This document shows positions 9,500 to 16,571 of a DNA stretch of 64,000 bases, piece after piece; the stretch's first letter is position 1, and each line of letters starts with the position of its first letter. The translations under genes were made by a program, and so were the position numbers. Source of the stretch: Candidatus Spongiisociaceae bacterium (GTDB lineage: Bacteria > Actinomycetota > Acidimicrobiia > Spongiisociales > Spongiisociaceae); assembly GCA_965262915.1 (NCBI GenBank), contig OZ253564.1, positions 2,176,001 to 2,240,000 on the forward strand. The letters are read 5' to 3'. The notes under the pieces are model-generated. The model was not told the DNA's origin, ran no database searches, and saw only the letters and a list, made by a program, of their open reading frames with translations.

Positions 9500-10460
9500 G
9501 ATCACTCTCGGGAAGATCGTTGACGCTCACGAGCGCATGGACCCACCTGTGCGGGTCACACCGATCCTCCCGGTGGCCCGGTCCTCGGGCGAGGTGGGGC
9601 GGGAGCGTCTCTTCCTGAAGGCCGAAAACCTGCAGGTGACCGGGTCTTACAAGGCCCGGGCCGCCTTCCACATCCTCCGCTCCCTCGACGACGAGCGCCG
9701 CCGGAAGGGCATCGTCATGTCCTCGTCGGGGAACTTCGCCCAGGCTTTCGCCTATGCCGGACCGGTTGTCGGGTCGCCGGTGGCCATCGTCATGCCCGAC
9801 TACACGGCTGACGTAAAGGTGCAGTCAACCCGGGACTACGGCGCGCAGGTGGTTCTCTGCCCGACGTTTGCCGATCGGGATCCAACCGTCGAGCGGCTGG
9901 CGGCGGATCAGGGGATGATCGCCCTGCACTCGTTCGAGGACCCCGAAGTTCCGATCGGTCATGCCGGCATCGGCTTGGAGATCCTCGAACAGGTTCCCGA
10001 TGTCGAGACGGTGCTGATACCCATCTCGAGCGGCGGGCTGGCGGCCGGTATCGCGGTGGCGATCAAAGAGAACAGGCCGGACGTGGCGGTCCTCGGAGTC
10101 CAGCCGGAGGGCGGTAACGCGGCATACGTGTCGTGGCAGGCCGGGGAAGTGAGAACCATCGAGCACTGGGACTCCATGGCGGACGCGCTTTCGGGCCGGC
10201 GGCCGGGGGTGCTTCCTTTCCGTTACCTACAGCGCTACCTCGACGACATCCTGCTGGTGACCGAGGAGGCCATAGCGGAGGCGGTCAGGACGATCCTGTT
10301 CCGCACCAAGACCCTCGCCGAGCCGGGAGGGGCGACCGCCGCGGCGGCTTTCCTCGACGGCTTGGTGGACAACGACCGGGTGACCGTGGCGATCGCGTCG
10401 GGTGGCAACATCCAGCCCGTCATCCTGGAGAAGATCCTGGCGGGGACCGGTGGTGGTTGA
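9486..10460 (+). CDS. Threonine/serine dehydratase-like PLP enzyme (no regulatory domain)
   Basis: LKAENLQVTGSYKAR, SSGNFAQ, PISSGGL, AEPGGA, SGGN. Confidence 0.9.
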   Translation: MADGEITLGKIVDAHERMDPPVRVTPILPVARSSGEVGRERLFLKAENLQVTGSYKARAAFHILRSLDDERRRKGIVMSSSGNFAQAFAYAGPVVGSPVAIVMPDYTADVKVQSTRDYGAQVVLCPTFADRDPTVERLAADQGMIALHSFEDPEVPIGHAGIGLEILEQVPDVETVLIPISSGGLAAGIAVAIKENRPDVAVLGVQPEGGNAAYVSWQAGEVRTIEHWDSMADALSGRRPGVLPFRYLQRYLDDILLVTEEAIAEAVRTILFRTKTLAEPGGATAAAAFLDGLVDNDRVTVAIASGGNIQPVILEKILAGTGGG

Positions 10461-10481
10461 GCGAATGACACGAGGTGAGCG

Positions 10482-11282
10482 ATGAGTGAGTCGCGTCCGC
10501 GCATAGGGATTGTCGGGTTCGGCCTCATCGGTTCCTACGTGTACCGCCAGATCGTCACCCGACCGGAACTCGGGCTCGATGTGGCGTTCGTGCACAACCG
10601 CAGTCCGGGGAGGGTCGCGCATCTGCCCCCGGAGACGGTCCTTGACGATCTCAGGGACTTTGCCGGGCGCGAGCCCGATCTGGTGGTCGAACTGGCCCAT
10701 GCGTCTGTGACGGTGGCCCACGGCACGGCATTTCTACGCCACACCGACTACATGCCCCTCTCTCTCACCGCCCTCGCCGACGCCGAGCTGGAACGCGCTC
10801 TCCTGGACACGTCCCGGGCCCATGGCACCCGGTTCTACATTCCTCACGGGGCGGTCGTGGGATTGGAGGCCATTGCCGAAGGTCGGGACCAGTGGGACGA
10901 GGTGACCATGGTGATGCGCAAGAGCCCTTCGAGCATCGACTTCACCGACCACCCCACCCTCACGGCCGACGAGATCTCGGGCGACACGGTGATCTACGAC
11001 GGCCCCACCAGGGGTATCTGCCCGTTGTTTCCCCGCAACGTCAACTCGCACGCGGCGCTGGCCCTGGGAGGCATCGGATTCGACCGGACCAGATCGGTGC
11101 TGGTTGCCGTGGCGGATTCCCACACGTCCGACATCGAGATCATCGCCCGTGGCGAGGCTGCCGATCTGACGATCAGGCGGGTCAGCCCCATGAAAGGCGT
11201 CAGCGGTATGTTCACCCTCATATCGGCCCTCGGCAGCGTCGTGCGGGCCAAGAGCCCGGGCGCTGGACTACAGATCTGCTGA
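10482..11282 (+). CDS. Aspartate dehydrogenase-like protein (NadX/DUF108)
   Basis: GIVGFGLIG Rossmann motif, LVVELAH, IPHGAVVGL, RKSP, FPRNVNSHAALAL. Confidence 0.8.
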   Translation: MSESRPRIGIVGFGLIGSYVYRQIVTRPELGLDVAFVHNRSPGRVAHLPPETVLDDLRDFAGREPDLVVELAHASVTVAHGTAFLRHTDYMPLSLTALADAELERALLDTSRAHGTRFYIPHGAVVGLEAIAEGRDQWDEVTMVMRKSPSSIDFTDHPTLTADEISGDTVIYDGPTRGICPLFPRNVNSHAALALGGIGFDRTRSVLVAVADSHTSDIEIIARGEAADLTIRRVSPMKGVSGMFTLISALGSVVRAKSPGAGLQIC

Positions 11283-11309
11283 TCGGGGTCCGTGACCCGG
11301 CGTCGGCCT

Positions 11310-11344
11310 GACTACCGACTACCGACACCTGGCACCTGGCACCT
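11310..11344. repeat. 7-bp tandem array
   Basis: gactacc gactacc gacacct ggcacct ggcacct, between convergent stops. Confidence 0.7.
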
Positions 11345-12140
11345 ACTCATACCAGCCCACGCATCCGGGATAGATGTTGCCGCGGACGGGGATCATGCGG
11401 TGGGTGAACCACCCGCTCTCCTGGTCGGTGTAGGTGCAGCGTCCGCTGAAGTAGATCGTGACCAGCCCGCGCCGGGAGTGATCCGACGCGTTCGGTCCGC
11501 TCATGTGGATGGTCTCGCAGTGATGGATGCATGCGTCACCCGCCCTGAGCTCGACCGGCTCGAAGGCGAGTTCGTCGGGGTCGAGGTCCGGGGCCGCTCC
11601 ACCGAACAGGGCGTCCTTGCTGAAGTCCCGGTCGTGCCTGAAGACCTGGCGGTGGCTGCCGGGGACGAACTGGGTGCATCCCCGTTCAAGGGTGGAGTCG
11701 TCCAGTGCCAGCCATACCGAGAGCTTGCCCTTCCCGGACCAGAAGACGTCCCAGTAGGCGTTGTCCTGGTGGGGCGGCGCGGCGCTCCCGCCGGGAGGTT
11801 TCAGGAAGGTCTGGTCGGTGTAGTAGACGATGTCCGGACCGATCAGGTCCTCCACCACGTCGAGCGTCTTGGCCCGCAGAGTGTAGGTGTCGAGGAGTTC
11901 CCGGCTGGCGTGGGCGGCGTGCATGAGCGCCCGGAACTTCTCGGTCCGCGGGATGTCGGTCCGGTCGGCGAGGACCGGGTCGACATCGACGTGGATGTTC
12001 TCGTCAGGAGGGTCCTGCTCGACGAGGCGGTCCATGATCCTGCGGATGTCGGCGAGTTCGCCGGCGTCGACGAAGTTCTCGACTCTCAGGAACCCGTTAC
12101 GCTCCCAGGCACCGATCTCTTCCACAGTGAGTGCTTTCAT
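11343..12140 (-). CDS. Phytanoyl-CoA dioxygenase (PhyH) family Fe(II)/2-OG oxygenase
   Basis: KPPGG...PHQD..YW, WLALDD...GC..FVPGSH, GD..IH....H.S..N.S...RR. Confidence 0.9.
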   Translation of the reverse strand: MKALTVEEIGAWERNGFLRVENFVDAGELADIRRIMDRLVEQDPPDENIHVDVDPVLADRTDIPRTEKFRALMHAAHASRELLDTYTLRAKTLDVVEDLIGPDIVYYTDQTFLKPPGGSAAPPHQDNAYWDVFWSGKGKLSVWLALDDSTLERGCTQFVPGSHRQVFRHDRDFSKDALFGGAAPDLDPDELAFEPVELRAGDACIHHCETIHMSGPNASDHSRRGLVTIYFSGRCTYTDQESGWFTHRMIPVRGNIYPGCVGWYE

Positions 12141-12187
12141 GCTCCCTATGTTCCCTCTCGACGGATACGGAACTTTACCAAGAGCGA

Positions 12188-12203
12188 TGAGCCGATCGGC
12201 TCA
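12188..12203. promoter_or_regulatory. Perfect 16-bp palindrome, candidate operator
   Basis: TGAGCCGATCGGCTCA is its own reverse complement; lies between divergent PhyH and GNAT genes. Confidence 0.4.
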
Positions 12204-12286
12204 CGTCGCCACAAGGGACGTTCACGAGGATCACCGATCACAGGAGTTGGACCCGGCGACCAACCAGCGGCCATCGGCCACCGTCG

Positions 12287-13078
12287 ATGACTGATCGCAG
12301 GCTTCAGAACCGCTTCGATCTGGTTCTGGCCGAGGCTTTCCGCCAGACCATCCGCAACTGCGGGGGCGAGATCTGGGAGGCGAACGGTGTGGTCTCGTGG
12401 GCCGGTTCGCTCACCCAGGCCTCGCCCGCCCACGCCAACGGAGTGATGCGCCTCAACCGGCTGATGTCCGGGCGCGAGGTCCTGGGCATAACCTCCGGGT
12501 TCTTCCGGGCGAGAGGCCACGGGTACACGGTGCTGGTGCGAGCCGACGACCGGGCTCTCATCGCGGAGATCGAGAGAGCCGGCTGGACGATGGACACCGA
12601 GCACGCAGCGATGGTGCTGGCCGAGCCGCTTGCCGGGGCGCATACCGAGGACGGGGTGGAGATCCGTCGGGTCAAGGACCCTACGGGGATGCTGGAGTTC
12701 TGCGCCACCGTAACCGCAGGATTGGGGTCGGGCCAGGACGTGCAGCGGTTCGTGAACGTGGCCCTACGGCGGATCCAGGCACTGTTGGGTCCCACCAAGG
12801 CGGCCTTCGTGGCGTACGAAGAGGGGACTGCCGCGGCCAGCGTCCTGTCAATGCTCATTGAGGGTGTGGTCTTTCTCGGGTGGATATGCACCAAGCCGGA
12901 TCACCGCCGCCGAGGGCTCGCCACCGCGGTTACCAGTGCCGCCATCCGGGCCGGTCTCGAGCAGGGTGCGACCCTGGCCGCCGTGTTGAGTCCTCTCCCG
13001 GCGGCACCGATGCCGGCTGCCATGGGGTTCCAGGAGGTAGGGCGGTACAGGGAATACGTGTTCCCGCCGCGGGGATAA
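12287..13078 (+). CDS. GNAT family N-acetyltransferase
   Basis: ICTKPDHRRRGLATAV acetyl-CoA-binding motif and C-terminal MGF. Confidence 0.8.
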   Translation: MTDRRLQNRFDLVLAEAFRQTIRNCGGEIWEANGVVSWAGSLTQASPAHANGVMRLNRLMSGREVLGITSGFFRARGHGYTVLVRADDRALIAEIERAGWTMDTEHAAMVLAEPLAGAHTEDGVEIRRVKDPTGMLEFCATVTAGLGSGQDVQRFVNVALRRIQALLGPTKAAFVAYEEGTAAASVLSMLIEGVVFLGWICTKPDHRRRGLATAVTSAAIRAGLEQGATLAAVLSPLPAAPMPAAMGFQEVGRYREYVFPPRG

Positions 13079-13216
13079 GCGTCGCATGATCAGTGCTTGA
13101 CATCGGTTGCTTCGAATGTGGCGATCGGGTACGGGCTCCGACCGATGACCCTGTTTTGTACATCTCCCCGCCCTGGTCTCCTACTCAGGCTCCCCATCTT
13201 GTATATGATGTACGTC

Positions 13217-13507
13217 ATGGTGACCGTCACCGTCAGTCAGGCAAGAGGGACGATATCTCACCTAGTCGATCGCGTTCTCGAAGGTGAGGAGGTCACGTTG
13301 ACTCGATATGGTCGGCCTGTCGCGGTGCTTGTCCGGCCCGATAGGTTGGCGAGTCGTCGTGGCGCAGAGTCCCTCGACCCCTCAGTAGTCATCGACTATG
13401 CCCTCTCCCAGGGTAAGAAGGCCCACCTCACGGATCTTGCGGGTCTCTCTGTCGAACGTGCCGAGGCGCTCGTAGCCGAAGTAAGAGCCTCCCGCGCACG
13501 CCGCTAG
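13217..13507 (+). CDS. Phd/YefM family antitoxin
   Basis: VTVSQARGTISHLVDRV..GEEVTLTRYGRPVAVLV; TATGAT -10 box 7 nt upstream. Confidence 0.88.
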   Translation: MVTVTVSQARGTISHLVDRVLEGEEVTLTRYGRPVAVLVRPDRLASRRGAESLDPSVVIDYALSQGKKAHLTDLAGLSVERAEALVAEVRASRARR

Positions 13508-13516
13508 GTCCCACCC

Positions 13517-13987
13517 GTGGATGCATTTGATGCCGACGCATTGATCTATGCGGCCGCACCGGGGCACGAATTGGGACGAAGGGTCTTGGCTCTCTTCCCT
13601 TCCGAACCTCCGGAGACTACGGGGAGCGCCGCCGGGATCGGATCGGTCTACCTGATGCCGGAAGTGCTGATCAGACCGGTCCGTAACCAAGACCTTGACG
13701 AGTCGGTTGCTCTGGGCGCGCTGCTCGCCCGGCTCGATCTGCGTCCCGCGGACGATGCTACCGGTCGGCTAGCCGTCATCCTCGGCGCCAAGTACGGGCT
13801 CCTTGCCGGGGATGCGATCCACCTCGCAACGGCGGTCCAAGCCGGGGCACGGCGATTCATCACCAACAACAGCAGGGACTTCCCGAAGTCGATCACGGAG
13901 ATCAGCATCACGTATCCGGCTGATCTTCCCGACCCGACGGCTCAGGAGGGTGCTGAGAAACCCCGTGCAAAGGGGTTCGCCGGCTAG
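13517..13987 (+). CDS. PIN-domain (VapC) toxin
   Basis: AFDADALIY, PEVL, GDAIHLATA, FITNNSRDF; last ~13 codons come from a MITE. Confidence 0.88.
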   Translation: MDAFDADALIYAAAPGHELGRRVLALFPSEPPETTGSAAGIGSVYLMPEVLIRPVRNQDLDESVALGALLARLDLRPADDATGRLAVILGAKYGLLAGDAIHLATAVQAGARRFITNNSRDFPKSITEISITYPADLPDPTAQEGAEKPRAKGFAG

Positions 13988-14055
13988 CCCATAACACTCA
14001 GACCAGGTAGTTTGCCAACCCGCGAACCCCGCAAGATTCGTTTTTCAGCACCCTC
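13946..14055. mobile_element. Palindromic MITE, copy 1 (same termini as copies 2-4, different interior)
   Basis: GAGGGTGCTGAGAAAC ... GTTTTTCAGCACCCTC terminal IR (1 mismatch); internal IR GGGGTTCGC/GCGAACCCC. Confidence 0.75.
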
Positions 14056-14115
14056 CCAGGAACTCTCCACGCGGCGGGCCATTCGTATAGGGACCGGCCG
14101 CCCGTAGACTGACCG

Positions 14116-16032
14116 GTGCGGCGATGGGAGGACCCGATTTTCCACGGTTCGGGAGGAGGTTGGTGGTCCTACCTGAACTATGACCAGAGCCAACCGGGAC
14201 CGGAGCTGGACCGGGCACTGCTGAAGCGGGTCTTCGCCTACGGCCGTCCGTATCGGTGGCTGCTGGTAGGTGTGCTGGCCACCATCCTGGTGGTCTCGGT
14301 GCTGTCGGTGATCCCTCCGCTGCTGGTCCGGGAGCTGATCGACCGCGCCATCCCCGAGGCCGATGTCGGGCGTTTGACGCTGCTCGGCGTGGGGATGGTG
14401 GCCGTGCCCCTGGTGAACGTGTCGGTGGGCGCGCTGCAGCGATGGATGTCCGCCAAGGCCGGGGAGGGCATCATCTTCGACCTGCGCCGCAGCCTCTACA
14501 CCCATCTTCAGGCCATGTCACTGCGCTTCTTCACCGAGACCAAGACCGGTGAGCTGATCTCGCGCCTGAACAGCGACGTTGTCGGTGCACAGACAGCGAT
14601 AACCGGCACTTTCGTCACCATCATCTCCAACCTCATCTCGGTGGTGGTGATCCTGATCGTGATGGTCCGGGCCGAGTGGCGGCTAACCCTGCTGGCGGTG
14701 GCCGCACTGCCCCTGTTCGTCTTCCCGGCCCGCAGGGTGGCACAGGTTCTGAGAGGGATCACCCAGCGTCAGATGCAGCACAACGCGGCGATGGCCGCCA
14801 TCCTCAGCGAGACGTTCAACGTGAGTGGCGCCTTGCTGGTGAAGCTGTTCGGCCGCCGCCGGGAGGAGGTGGCGAGGTTCTCGGAGGAGGCCGGGATGGT
14901 GCGGGACCTGGGTGTTCGTCAGGCCCTGATCGGCCGCTGGTTCTTTGCGGCTCTCGGTCTGGTGGGCGCCATGGGCACGGCGGCTGTGTTCTGGGTGGGT
15001 GGCTACCTGGTGATCCAGGGAGACCTGAGCCTCGGTACGGTGGTGATGTTCTCGTCCCTGCTGGTCCAGCTCTACGGTCCTCTGTCCGCCATGTCCAACG
15101 CCCGAGTGGAGTTCGCCACCTCCCTCGTCTCGTTCGAGCGGGTGTTCGAGATCCTGGATCTACCCCACGAGATCGTGGAGAGCCCCGACCCGGTGGACAT
15201 CCGGCCGGTCCGTGGGGCGGTCGAGTTCGACCGGGTGTTCTTCCGCTACCACACACCCGGAACCTCGGGCCTGGCTGCCGTGAGTCGCCCATGGAAGCCC
15301 CAGGATGGCGATGCTCCGGTCGCGCAGGCGAGTCGACCCTGGGCAATCGAGGAAGTGACATTCCGGATCGAACCAGGCGAGTTCGCCGCGGTTGTCGGTC
15401 CTTCCGGGGCCGGCAAGACCACGGTGACCTACCTGGTTCCCAGGCTCTACGACGTCGACCGTGGCCAGGTGAGAATCGACGGCAAGGATGTGCGTGATGC
15501 CACGGTCGGGTCCCTCGAGGACGCGATCGGGGTGGTCACCCAGGAGACGTTCCTGTTCCACGACACGATCGCGGCCAACCTCCGGTACGCCAAGCCGCAC
15601 GCGAGCCAGGAGGAACTCGAGGAGGCGGCCCGGGCGGCGAACATCCACGACTTCGTAGCGTCCTTGTCGGACGGGTACGAGACGGTGGTGGGAGAGCGGG
15701 GCTACCGCCTGTCGGGCGGCGAGAAGCAGCGGGTCGCGCTGGCCCGCGTGATCCTCAAGGACCCCCAGATCCTCATTCTCGACGAGGCCACCGCCCATCT
15801 CGACTCCGAGTCCGAAGCCCTGATCCATGAAGCACTGGAGCGGGTCATGGTGGGCCGCACGTCGCTGGTGATCGCCCACCGCCTCTCCACCATCCAGGCC
15901 GCCGACCGGATCCTCGTGCTGGACGAAGGCCGGTTGGTGGAGGAGGGAACGCACGCGGAGTTGCTGGACTCGGGCGGTCTCTACGCCCGGTTGTACAGAA
16001 CCCAGTTCCGCCACCAGAAGACCCCGGCCTGA
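14116..16032 (+). CDS. ABC exporter, fused permease/ATP-binding subunit
   Basis: TM domain followed by GPSGAGKT, LSGGEKQR, ILILDEAT, IAHRLST. Confidence 0.95.
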   Translation: MRRWEDPIFHGSGGGWWSYLNYDQSQPGPELDRALLKRVFAYGRPYRWLLVGVLATILVVSVLSVIPPLLVRELIDRAIPEADVGRLTLLGVGMVAVPLVNVSVGALQRWMSAKAGEGIIFDLRRSLYTHLQAMSLRFFTETKTGELISRLNSDVVGAQTAITGTFVTIISNLISVVVILIVMVRAEWRLTLLAVAALPLFVFPARRVAQVLRGITQRQMQHNAAMAAILSETFNVSGALLVKLFGRRREEVARFSEEAGMVRDLGVRQALIGRWFFAALGLVGAMGTAAVFWVGGYLVIQGDLSLGTVVMFSSLLVQLYGPLSAMSNARVEFATSLVSFERVFEILDLPHEIVESPDPVDIRPVRGAVEFDRVFFRYHTPGTSGLAAVSRPWKPQDGDAPVAQASRPWAIEEVTFRIEPGEFAAVVGPSGAGKTTVTYLVPRLYDVDRGQVRIDGKDVRDATVGSLEDAIGVVTQETFLFHDTIAANLRYAKPHASQEELEEAARAANIHDFVASLSDGYETVVGERGYRLSGGEKQRVALARVILKDPQILILDEATAHLDSESEALIHEALERVMVGRTSLVIAHRLSTIQAADRILVLDEGRLVEEGTHAELLDSGGLYARLYRTQFRHQKTPA

Positions 16033-16042
16033 GTCGGCCTGT

Positions 16043-16399
16043 TCAGGCGCCCACCGTTCTCGATACCAAAGGCGATCGGTGGGCGAGTAGCAGGAGAGTC
16101 CCGTCGTGGCACATCCACAGATGTTCGTTCACCTTGAACCACCGGTGCGGTGGCGTCACCCGGAGTGCGGCGCTGTCGGCAGGCCAACGCGAACGGTAGG
16201 CGAGCACCTCGTCGGCGGGTGCGCGGATCGTGTCCACCCGGCCCACCAACTGGTAGTCGCCGAACACCGTCGACATGGCATCCCACGCGTCCCGGCTACC
16301 CGTGCCATCGCCGAACCGGACCCTACGGCACTCCTGGCACGCTCCTACCCATATGCCACGATGGACCGAGTGGGCCATGGTGTGATTCGCGCACCGCAT
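16043..16399 (-). CDS. Hypothetical protein, possible N-terminal Zn site
   Basis: 118-aa ORF with CxxH...CxxC; CACCAT -10-like hexamer 7 nt before ATG. Confidence 0.55.
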   Translation of the reverse strand: MRCANHTMAHSVHRGIWVGACQECRRVRFGDGTGSRDAWDAMSTVFGDYQLVGRVDTIRAPADEVLAYRSRWPADSAALRVTPPHRWFKVNEHLWMCHDGTLLLLAHRSPLVSRTVGA

Positions 16400-16571
16400 C
16401 GAGACAATGGTGCCATGGCGGTGTGACACTTATGGTGATTTCGCTGTGACAGGGCGAGGGCGGGCGGACCGTGCGATCGGTTGAGGGTGCGAGACTTCCG
16501 GCGTCTGGATCGATGTGTCGGATGGCTCTCGCCGACGAGCGGCGCCGGCCGGACTACCGTCAGGCAGACCG

